A stretch of DNA of 29,871 nt from a virus (taxonomy: Duplodnaviria > Caudoviricetes). The stretch's first letter is position 1; every line of letters begins with the position of its first letter. Under the pieces are notes generated by a model. It saw nothing but the letters and a program-made list of their open reading frames with translations, had not been told where the DNA came from and did not search any database. Both the position numbers and the translations under genes were made by a program. The stretch spans positions 1 to 29,871 of IMG/VR virus record IMGVR_UViG_3300011339_000048; one strand, written 5' to 3'. Of this stretch, positions 1 through 8,085 are shown in pieces.

Positions 1-172
1 CATTAAGTTGTTTGGTGAGTTCTTGCTCTTTTACACGGGCTTCCTCGTTCTTGACAGCAATCTCTGCTTGCATCTCAATATCACGATCATCCCATCCTCT
101 ATGGTGTCCATAACCATAAAAGCCTGCCAAAGCCAATAGAACGCCTAAGATTACCCAAGGGTTTGGAATCAT
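1..172 (-). CDS. Putative inner-membrane spanin (Rz-like), partial, runs off the window edge
   Basis: Not in the ORF track. ATG at 172-170 overlaps the TGA of the upstream gene (ATGA). Reads MIPNPWVILGVLLALAGFYGYGHHRGWDDRDIEMQAEIAVKNEEARVKEQELTKQLN: one N-terminal TM followed by a charged helix, the usual i-spanin layout. Confidence 0.6.
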   Translation of the reverse strand, partial: MIPNPWVILGVLLALAGFYGYGHHRGWDDRDIEMQAEIAVKNEEARVKEQELTKQLN

Positions 173-675
173 TGATCAGCCCTCGCTAATGCCCTCTCAT
201 TGGCTATTTTCTCCTTCTCAGGATCAATATAGTCAGGTGGAGTAGTAGGTGGTGGTGGCGCTCTCCATTCCTCGTCCAAAGGAGGATTCACCCATGCTGG
301 CATAGCACCAGATGACACCCAAGTAGAGGTAGATGGTGGTGGAGGCGTTGTAGGGGTGCTAGGAGGCGTTGTAGGGGGTGTTGTAGGCGTTGACATCTTC
401 TCAGCCAAGGTCTGCACACCCTTCCTAGACATAACGCCACCAATGCCACCAACAATGAGCAAAACAATGTCGTTGAGCATCTTAAGGTAGCCTTGGTCTA
501 TCGGAGCCATGCTCTTGATAGGCTGAGTCACAAAGGTAACGCTATACAGCATAAAGAACACAATGCCAGCCAAGATAACAGTCACGATTAGGACTACTAA
601 CGCCCAAACCCTGACCTCTATCTCATCTTGCGTCAGAAGCCGATTGACTTGGAATTTGTGGGGGTTGTTGGACAA
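169..675 (-). CDS. Two-TM membrane protein with Pro/Thr-rich tail, holin-like
   Basis: Hydrophobic segments VWALVVLIVTVILAGIVFFMLY and IVLLIVGGIGGVM; PTTPP repeats; translationally coupled to the spanin candidate. TTG start is uncertain. Confidence 0.6.
   Translation of the reverse strand: MSNNPHKFQVNRLLTQDEIEVRVWALVVLIVTVILAGIVFFMLYSVTFVTQPIKSMAPIDQGYLKMLNDIVLLIVGGIGGVMSRKGVQTLAEKMSTPTTPPTTPPSTPTTPPPPSTSTWVSSGAMPAWVNPPLDEEWRAPPPPTTPPDYIDPEKEKIANERALARADQ
341..377. repeat. 16-nt direct repeat encoding PTTPP units
   Basis: GGAGGCGTTGTAGGGG at 341-356 and 362-377. Confidence 0.8.
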
Positions 676-847
676 CTTGTTTCTCCAATATAGGTGCTAC
701 GAGGTAATCGGGACAGTCTTGGGTGAATTGGCAATCAGGACGCTGACATTGTTTGGCAGAGAAGTTCTTAGGATTTTGGCAAAAATATCGGTAGCGATCA
801 CTACATGATGCCAAAACGAATAAACCTATACATATCAACCACTTCAT
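623..847 (-). CDS. Small Cys-rich lipoprotein
   Basis: From ATG 847: MKWLICIGLFVLASC is a signal peptide II with lipobox LASC; four further Cys in the mature part. Confidence 0.75.
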   Translation of the reverse strand: MKWLICIGLFVLASCSDRYRYFCQNPKNFSAKQCQRPDCQFTQDCPDYLVAPILEKQVVQQPPQIPSQSASDAR

Positions 848-876
848 GTATACAAAATGGCTTTTTCTGTACATAT

Positions 877-1053
877 TCATTTGGTTTCTTTCAGTTCTTG
901 TTTCAACTTACGCAATTCTTTCATCTCTCTCTTTAGTTGTGCCTTCATGTACAAGGTTTCGATGTATGCAAGGCTTGTTGTGGCAACAATGATGCACAAA
1001 GCCAAGACACTCAGAATCCACCCGACAAGTTTCGTAGAACCCACATCATCCAC
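877..1053 (-). CDS. Single-TM protein with C-terminal coiled coil
   Basis: TM LVGWILSVLALCIIVATTSLAYI, then LKREMKELRKLKQELKE. Start uncertain (GTG 1053 chosen; the ORF is open to 1110). Confidence 0.6.
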   Translation of the reverse strand: MDDVGSTKLVGWILSVLALCIIVATTSLAYIETLYMKAQLKREMKELRKLKQELKETK

Positions 1054-1733
1054 CCAAATATTAAGGACATAAACACCACAGCAATCACCCCACCAGTTAA
1101 TTCGATACAACGAGTCTCATATTGCTCTTGCTTCCATCTCTTTAGCCTTGCTCTGCGAACCATCTCTGCCCTTGCCCACTCTTGCTCTTGCTCAATCTTT
1201 TGGTGCATTTTCAAGAATCTGCTATACAAATCCTTTAGTTCTGCTGGAGCATACACCATCGCCTCTCTGACTTGCTCAAACAACTTCTCCATTTGTAACT
1301 CAATCAAAGCCCTCTCAATTGCCTTTTTGCTGTTGTTTTGGGTTGGATCGTAGTTGTTTTTGTTTGTTTCTTCTAGTTCATGGTAGTAGTTGTTGATTTC
1401 TTGTTGTGTGTCAAAGAGAAAACCTAGTTTGTCACCAATGTCTTTGATAAGTTTAAGTTCAAGTTCCTCATAGGTTTGCTTGGCGGCAATGGCTTTGGCT
1501 TTCGCTTTTGCCACAGGCTTGGGCGTTTCTGCTGACTTGGTTGGCTCTGCTCGTTTAAACAGACCAACAAACCAATCAAAAATGCCCTTGATCGCCTTAA
1601 CATCTGCAATGACTCCTTCGACTGTCTTCTTAGCCCCTTCCAACTCCATGCGTCCCTCGTGGAGCATATTGCAACCTTGCTTGATGAAGCCAACTGCACC
1701 TTGCGCCAACATGAGGAGAGAGAAAGGATCAAT
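1011..1733 (-). CDS. Coiled-coil protein with C-terminal TM anchor, function unknown
   Basis: 233-aa ORF from ATG 1712, extendable in frame to ATT 1733, which lies 6 nt after an AGGAG SD. C-terminal TM LTGGVIAVVFMSLIFGWMMWVL. Confidence 0.8.
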   Translation of the reverse strand: MDPFSLLMLAQGAVGFIKQGCNMLHEGRMELEGAKKTVEGVIADVKAIKGIFDWFVGLFKRAEPTKSAETPKPVAKAKAKAIAAKQTYEELELKLIKDIGDKLGFLFDTQQEINNYYHELEETNKNNYDPTQNNSKKAIERALIELQMEKLFEQVREAMVYAPAELKDLYSRFLKMHQKIEQEQEWARAEMVRRARLKRWKQEQYETRCIELTGGVIAVVFMSLIFGWMMWVLRNLSGGF

Positions 1734-1742
1734 GGGTTACTC

Positions 1743-4472
1743 CTATTGGTTATACATAAAGTATGGTTCTGTAACTTCTTCTTCAACAGGTCTTTGTGTC
1801 ATAGAAGAACGTGCGCCTAAATAGCCAGACCTCAAAACGCCTTGACCAATTGCGTTGGCAAAGTCTCCCACATCGCCTGGTCGCAGTAAACCCTTTATGT
1901 CTACATCTTTTCCACTTTTGCTAATTAGCCTTGTGGAAGCGTTCTCTATCGCAGTTAAACCATCTTTATCCAAAAACAGTTTCCTTTGGGCTTCTTTTGT
2001 TGCATTATCAATGTTTGCTTGACCAATCAATGAAAGTATCCTGAAACCTTTGTTAAATACACTAGATATTTGATTAACAGCAATTCCAGTAATTTGTTGT
2101 GGGCGAACTCCACCCGTCATGCGCTCTAATGCTGAAGTTTCTTTAATAGCAACATCTTTGATATTTAATCTATTTATATCAATCTTTTTAGACAACTGAG
2201 CCACATCTGCCAAAGCAGTTAATCTATCAACATGGTCTTTGCCAAAAACCTTAATAAACGCTTCTTTGTTTGCATTTAGATAATCAAATGGCTGTGGTGT
2301 ATCAAGCATTTTGGTAACCATACCTTCTTTTAAGGCCATGTTTACATTTGCTTGGTCTTGAGAAGGTAATTTTTTTAGGTCTACGCTTAATTTGTTGAAA
2401 TAACCTTTGCCACCAGAGCCTAGCAAGTTATTTACAACTCCTTCAATTCCCCTATTGTCATAGTCATTTAAGAAACTTTGACCAAGCCTTGCTTTTGCTG
2501 ACTTTGCCGCATCATCAATTGCAACCTTTTCTCCTGCCAAATAACTTGCTCTTACTCTTGCATCTTGTAGGTTTGCTTTTAATGATGGAACTTCATCAAG
2601 AATGTCGCTAAATCCACCATTGTTGCTATTCTTTGTAATTAATTTGTCTAGTTTTACAGGATCAACTAAACCATTTTTATCTAATGCCGAGTTAAATAAC
2701 TTTGACATGATTGCTTTTTCCACCATTGGAACGCCCTCATCTCCAGCAATACGCAAAAACTGTTTTGTCGCTGTTGGTGAAGATGCTATCAATGGAGAAA
2801 TGCGCTCTGCATACTCTTGTGAACCTATCTTTTGAACAGCAGTTGCATCTTTAAAAGGAATTCCAATCTTGTTGTAGTAATCCGTATCTAGTTGCGTCAT
2901 TGCTTGACCAAAAGTCATGTTCTCGCCACGCAAGTTAACATTGACATTACCATTTGCTGTTTGCACTTGATTTAAAGCATCATCAACTCTGTCTTGCAAT
3001 ATGCGTAACTTATCCTTAGTTACATCAGACTTGACATTACGTATATCCTCCGCAACTCTGCGTTTCAGCGAGTCTAGGCTTGTCATGTCCATGCCTAAAG
3101 ACAAATCGCTAGTTGTAGTGGCTGGTAAGTTATCACCAGCACCAGATGGTTGCATACGAGAACGCAAAGCACTAAATTTATCTGACTGTGTTTTTACCAA
3201 GCGCAATAGGTCTGACTGTCTTCCCCAAGGGTCTGACTGAAACAAATCTTCCGCAGTTGCCAATAAACGTGCTGTTTCGTTGGCAGGAAGGATCGCTCCT
3301 TGCTTTGATGCTTGCCCAATGACGCTATCGTATTCTGGCGATATTGCTTGCCTAGTGGCTTTTTCTCTTGCAATGGCAAGATTTTGCATAGCCATACCTT
3401 GTTGCAAAGGAGTTGATGTGCCAGACAAGTCTAAATCAGATGTAAGTTTAGATAATTGCTTATCAATGAACTTAACTCTCTCGTTTAAATCGGTTTCAAC
3501 TTCGGCTATTTTTTTTGTTGCTGATGGCAACTCGCCCGTTGGTGATGGATAAAGTTCTGCTCTTTTTTTAGCAACAGCAGATTGAATATCAGAATATAGA
3601 GACTTAAGGTCTGCGGCAAAACCAATATCATTTTCAGCAAGAGACTTCAACCTTGTAGACAAAACAATGTTGTCAAGCCCTGCTACGCCCAATACACTTT
3701 TTTCACCCGTAACAAACTGAAGGCGTTTTTGTACTTCGTCAAGTCTGTTTTTTAAGGAAGGATCAGCCTTAAACGCCTCTCCTAATAAGTCTTGCGCCCG
3801 TGATAAGCCCTCAACTTGTGCCAAATCTTCAACATTAAAATCTTTTAAACGATCTTTGGCTTTTCCAAATAACCCCTCTGCGGCTTTGCCAACGCCAACA
3901 CCACTACCTAACGCAAAAGTAATTCCACCAATAACTTGTCCTAATGGGCCAGCAACCTGTTCTCCTACTGTTCCACCTAGTTCTCCAGCCATTCCAGGAA
4001 TTGTTGCCAATCCCATCCGCAATCCTGTTGCTCCTGCTTTAAGAGGGCCACCAAATATTGTGGTTGGGTCAAATGCCGCCTCTATCCCTTTACCAATATA
4101 CTTTTGAGCCGTAGAAGCAGGGGGCATAGCCGTATCAACACCAAGACGCTGTTGTATGTTCTCTGTTGTTAATCCCAACATTTCTGGTTGTGTAGGAAAT
4201 GCCCCAGCAAATGTTCCAGTTTGTTGTGCGCCACCAGCAGTCAAAGATGATGGAAAACCTGTAAGACCTCTTTTTGCACTTTCTACTGCAAACTCCATAA
4301 AAGATGGTGGTCTTTGTTCTGTTTCGCCCATAAGCATAGTTGCCGCAGGGCCACCACTTTCAGCGGCAAATTGTTTTTGCAAATACGCTATTGCATCATT
4401 TTCAGAAGCACCTTCAGGAGCATCTACTTCATACTGCGATCCATCTGGTGCTGTAACAATAAATTTAGCCAC
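1743..4472 (-). CDS. Large internal virion (DNA ejection) protein, putative
   Basis: 909 aa, helical character, Gly/hydrophobic stretch near the N-terminus, last of three large genes after the tail nozzle as in podoviruses. Function inferred from synteny. Confidence 0.65.
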   Translation of the reverse strand: MAKFIVTAPDGSQYEVDAPEGASENDAIAYLQKQFAAESGGPAATMLMGETEQRPPSFMEFAVESAKRGLTGFPSSLTAGGAQQTGTFAGAFPTQPEMLGLTTENIQQRLGVDTAMPPASTAQKYIGKGIEAAFDPTTIFGGPLKAGATGLRMGLATIPGMAGELGGTVGEQVAGPLGQVIGGITFALGSGVGVGKAAEGLFGKAKDRLKDFNVEDLAQVEGLSRAQDLLGEAFKADPSLKNRLDEVQKRLQFVTGEKSVLGVAGLDNIVLSTRLKSLAENDIGFAADLKSLYSDIQSAVAKKRAELYPSPTGELPSATKKIAEVETDLNERVKFIDKQLSKLTSDLDLSGTSTPLQQGMAMQNLAIAREKATRQAISPEYDSVIGQASKQGAILPANETARLLATAEDLFQSDPWGRQSDLLRLVKTQSDKFSALRSRMQPSGAGDNLPATTTSDLSLGMDMTSLDSLKRRVAEDIRNVKSDVTKDKLRILQDRVDDALNQVQTANGNVNVNLRGENMTFGQAMTQLDTDYYNKIGIPFKDATAVQKIGSQEYAERISPLIASSPTATKQFLRIAGDEGVPMVEKAIMSKLFNSALDKNGLVDPVKLDKLITKNSNNGGFSDILDEVPSLKANLQDARVRASYLAGEKVAIDDAAKSAKARLGQSFLNDYDNRGIEGVVNNLLGSGGKGYFNKLSVDLKKLPSQDQANVNMALKEGMVTKMLDTPQPFDYLNANKEAFIKVFGKDHVDRLTALADVAQLSKKIDINRLNIKDVAIKETSALERMTGGVRPQQITGIAVNQISSVFNKGFRILSLIGQANIDNATKEAQRKLFLDKDGLTAIENASTRLISKSGKDVDIKGLLRPGDVGDFANAIGQGVLRSGYLGARSSMTQRPVEEEVTEPYFMYNQ

Positions 4473-4483
4473 AATATCACCCC

Positions 4484-5701
4484 TTAGTTAATTCTTCTTG
4501 CTGAAAACCCAGTTTGCCCAGATGGTTTTTCTACACTAACAGATGGTTTTTCAGCCCCAGTTTTGGATGGTGGTGTAAATTCTTTAAACTTACCCAACTG
4601 TTCATCAATAGATTGTATAAATGATTCGTAATTAGGGCTTTTTGTATATCCAAGTTGTTTTGCTTCGTTGATAACAAAATTCTTTTGCTCAATAAGCGCA
4701 CCACGATAGATAGCAGAAACATATTTCTGTGCTTCTTCTTTTTGTTGCCTTGTTCCTCTGCCACTAAAGAATTCAGTTGCAGATTGTGCTAATCGGTCAT
4801 CTAAACCACCAGTTCTAGCAAAACGCTGAATGTCTGCTTTTGATAATGGCCCTGTTTCCCCTGTTAATCTTGCTAAAGTAGCAGGAAGTGCTTTAGCGGC
4901 AATATCATTACCTGTAACTCGATTTATTGTGTCAAATGCACTTGGAGCCTCAGAGATAAGAGCAGATGTTTTCTTCATTGTGGGGTTTGAATCTACAAAC
5001 TTTCTAAATTCCATCCAATCTTTTTGCGCTACTGGTGCGCCAGGTGGATATACTTTTACGCCACTTTTATCAGCAAGCGTTCCTTTTTGTTCTTCAATTA
5101 ATTTGTTAACAATTGCTTTTTGTTCTTGCGTTAATGATGCAAAAGGCATATTAAATTTTTCTTCAGAAAGCGCCTCCCTATCTATACCAAATCGGGCAGA
5201 TTTTTCTGGTTTTTCTACTAATGCCAACCTAGTAATATCTCCAGTTTGCTCATACTCTGCAATACTTTGAGGTGTATATTTACCAGACCTAATAATCTGC
5301 TGAATAGGATCAAGACCTTGACGTTCACGCAAGTTCTTAGTTACTTGAGACAACTTAAACGCCGCTTCTCTAGCCTGATTAGCCACGGCATTTGCTCCTT
5401 GTGGATCAAAAGGTGCTAACTCTTTTGCGGCGGCCATAAGAGAATCTGGATCGTTTGGGTCAGTTTTATTAAATATTGCATTTCTCATGCTTATCAGTTT
5501 TAACATTGGGTCTTCAGCACCCAATGCGCCACCGATACCGCGACCTATTTGGGTAGCACCAGCATAAACATTAGCACGACCAAAAGCATCAGGAGCCAAC
5601 TTCCCCATTTGCACCCCTTGATCCAATATGTTTTCACCAACATTTTGTTGGTACATCTCAGGAGTAATACCAAATAACCCACCTACTATATCTGTTGCCA
5701 T
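4484..5701 (-). CDS. Internal virion (ejection) protein, putative
   Basis: 405 aa, AAGGAG SD upstream, middle gene of the trio. Confidence 0.6.
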   Translation of the reverse strand: MATDIVGGLFGITPEMYQQNVGENILDQGVQMGKLAPDAFGRANVYAGATQIGRGIGGALGAEDPMLKLISMRNAIFNKTDPNDPDSLMAAAKELAPFDPQGANAVANQAREAAFKLSQVTKNLRERQGLDPIQQIIRSGKYTPQSIAEYEQTGDITRLALVEKPEKSARFGIDREALSEEKFNMPFASLTQEQKAIVNKLIEEQKGTLADKSGVKVYPPGAPVAQKDWMEFRKFVDSNPTMKKTSALISEAPSAFDTINRVTGNDIAAKALPATLARLTGETGPLSKADIQRFARTGGLDDRLAQSATEFFSGRGTRQQKEEAQKYVSAIYRGALIEQKNFVINEAKQLGYTKSPNYESFIQSIDEQLGKFKEFTPPSKTGAEKPSVSVEKPSGQTGFSARRIN

Positions 5702-5710
5702 GATTACTCC

Positions 5711-7414
5711 TTAAAAGTTTGCGTAGCCTAGTGGTACATAACCGCTACCATAAACATCCAATGTTGGATTTTGCATACCAGCACTTGTTATTCCACCACC
5801 TGCGCCACCAGTATTGACCAATGGTGATGTTAGATAAGTACCCAAAGCATTGCCTAACAAGGAATTAGGATTGCCTAAACCACTCAAACCATACGCCAAT
5901 GGACTAGCAGTAGCCCCTGCTGAAGTGCCTAATGCACCTCCATAGACAGAACCCCTTAGCCCTATTTCCCCTGCCCTTGCACCAGCCACAGATGATTGAC
6001 CTGCAAGTCCTTGACTTAAAGCAAATGGTTGTTGTGCCATGTTCTCTAGTTGACCTGCCTGACCAAACAAACTTGTACCAAAACCAACTTGTTGCTGACC
6101 CGCTTGTTGTGCTTGAGCCGCCAACTGTGCGTCTTGTTGTGCCAAGGCGTTGTAATAGGCTTCCATCTCAGGATTAGCACCCATCAAACCTTGTGCGCCA
6201 CTAGGACGCAAACCAGTAGAGCCTACTGATAATCCCATGCGACCTGTCTGGAAAGCCTGATTCCTGATGGCGGCTAGTTGTCTTTGCCGACTAGGATCGA
6301 GTAATTCATACTGCTTGGATAGGTATTGTTGGGCAACCTCTTCAGGTGTTTGTGCCAAGTAACTCGCACCCAATCCCATGAGTCTGTTTTGAGCAGAAGT
6401 GATCTCAGGAGCGGCGGTGTAGCCAGCACTTATTACTTGACCTGTGGTTGGGTCAACTTGAAACTGGGATGCGCCAAAACGAGTTGTAACACCTACTGGT
6501 CTGAACTGTGCGCCCGCAACACCACGCCCTGCCGCTTGCTCAATGTTTCTTTGTGCTTGGAGTGCCGCTTCTTTAGACTGTTGCATTTGCAATAGCCCAC
6601 CTGCGGTCTGCAATCCACCCTGAATAGCACCTTTTTGTTGCAAGAAGTTCAAAGCACCTCTAGCCGCGCTACCACCAGCCGCCAATGCTCGTTTAATTAT
6701 TGCTTGTGTAGCGGAATCCAAAGTGCTATTGCCACCAAAGGTTTGCATAGTGTCATCTATTTGCGCTTGCGTCATTGGTGTTGAGCCAAACCCACTTGTC
6801 GGGTCTTCTGTACCTAAACCACCATACCCGTAAAAACTGTTTTGTAGGGCGTTAGGGTCACCATAAAGTCCACTAACAGACTCTCCAGTATTGAAATAAT
6901 CAGTTATATCTGCCATGTTTGTCGCTCCCGTTGTTCCTTGTCCTGATGTTCCACCAGAACTTAATAAGCCAGATGGTGTTACTTGGCTTATTGCTCCACT
7001 TGTTAAACCACCTGCTAATGCTTGCTCTGGTGTTGCACCACTTAGTAATCCTGATGTAGTGCTACCAGCCACATTACCCACAAACTGCGAGCCTGTTTCA
7101 GCACCAACTGCGCCACCGACTTGCGTTCCAGCGTAACTTACTGCGGCTTGTTTAAGTGCTTGCTCTGGGCTTTGTCCAGCATCAAGAGCAAACGCCGCAT
7201 TTATATAAGGTATTAGATAAGTTTGACCCGTTGCCATAGCCGTTGCTACCGCCGCAGTCTGTAACGGGTTATCCAATGCCGCTTGAACAGTTTGCTCAAC
7301 CGCTTTAACAACTGGTTGTACTACTTGCTCAATAACTGGTTCAACAATGGGATTAACCACAGTCTCCACAACTGGGTTAAATACTTGTCCAATAAATCCA
7401 CCACAACATCCCAT
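5711..7414 (-). CDS. Gly/Ala/Gln-rich internal virion (pilot-like) protein, putative
   Basis: 567 aa low-complexity G/A/Q composition typical of podovirus ejection proteins; GGAG SD. Confidence 0.65.
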   Translation of the reverse strand: MGCCGGFIGQVFNPVVETVVNPIVEPVIEQVVQPVVKAVEQTVQAALDNPLQTAAVATAMATGQTYLIPYINAAFALDAGQSPEQALKQAAVSYAGTQVGGAVGAETGSQFVGNVAGSTTSGLLSGATPEQALAGGLTSGAISQVTPSGLLSSGGTSGQGTTGATNMADITDYFNTGESVSGLYGDPNALQNSFYGYGGLGTEDPTSGFGSTPMTQAQIDDTMQTFGGNSTLDSATQAIIKRALAAGGSAARGALNFLQQKGAIQGGLQTAGGLLQMQQSKEAALQAQRNIEQAAGRGVAGAQFRPVGVTTRFGASQFQVDPTTGQVISAGYTAAPEITSAQNRLMGLGASYLAQTPEEVAQQYLSKQYELLDPSRQRQLAAIRNQAFQTGRMGLSVGSTGLRPSGAQGLMGANPEMEAYYNALAQQDAQLAAQAQQAGQQQVGFGTSLFGQAGQLENMAQQPFALSQGLAGQSSVAGARAGEIGLRGSVYGGALGTSAGATASPLAYGLSGLGNPNSLLGNALGTYLTSPLVNTGGAGGGITSAGMQNPTLDVYGSGYVPLGYANF

Positions 7415-7415
7415 G

Positions 7416-7802
7416 TTATATCTCCATTGACATTAAGTAAGGGTCAACTTTTCGTTTTTCATCTTTCTTAAAACTAACGGAAATTGCGCCTGCGGTTTTT
7501 GCTAATCTTTCTGCCGTAGTTGTATTGTCAACATACATCTGCAACAAACGAATATTTGCTTTTTTCATGGTGGCAAAGAACTCTTTAATTGCTTTTATAT
7601 ATCCCATTGCATTACCACCATTGATGATATAAAACAATGCAGAATTACCAGATACTTTGTATACAAACATACAATCGCCAGAACGAACAGCAAATGCATT
7701 TTTTTGCTTCAATGTGCCATTTATTTCGGCAATCATTTTGGCTTTTGTCGTATCAAGATTGTTATTCTTGATATGGTTCTCAACAATTTGTTCTGGAGTC
7801 AT
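7416..7802 (-). CDS. Hypothetical protein, possibly GNAT-like virion assembly factor
   Basis: 128 aa alpha/beta pattern; sits between the nozzle and the first ejection protein, the position of T7 gp13. TAATG coupling to the upstream gene. Confidence 0.55.
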   Translation of the reverse strand: MTPEQIVENHIKNNNLDTTKAKMIAEINGTLKQKNAFAVRSGDCMFVYKVSGNSALFYIINGGNAMGYIKAIKEFFATMKKANIRLLQMYVDNTTTAERLAKTAGAISVSFKKDEKRKVDPYLMSMEI

Positions 7803-8074
7803 TACATTGTTCCATTCGCAACAATATTGCCAATCACAGTCAAGTTACCTGACGCATCTATCTTTGCCACAGGCGTTGATACATTGTAGATATACAAGAC
7901 ATTGGATGCCTCAACAAACGAGAAGTTTGTCAATGTGCCATCTACCTTTGTAGCAATAGCAGTCTGTATATTGGTGAACTCAGTATCAATCTCAGTTCCC
8001 TTAACAACCTTATTGGCATTGCCAGACGCAAGTGCATCTTTAGCCGCAAAATTGGTGGTTTTCGTGTAGTTCAT
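7802..8074 (-). CDS. Small tail structural protein (needle or short fibre-like)
   Basis: 90 aa; N-terminal NYTKTTNFAAKD...KGTEIDTEFTNIQTAIATK tail-attachment-like motif; directly after the nozzle gene. Confidence 0.6.
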   Translation of the reverse strand: MNYTKTTNFAAKDALASGNANKVVKGTEIDTEFTNIQTAIATKVDGTLTNFSFVEASNVLYIYNVSTPVAKIDASGNLTVIGNIVANGTM

Positions 8075-8085
8075 ATATTTATTCC

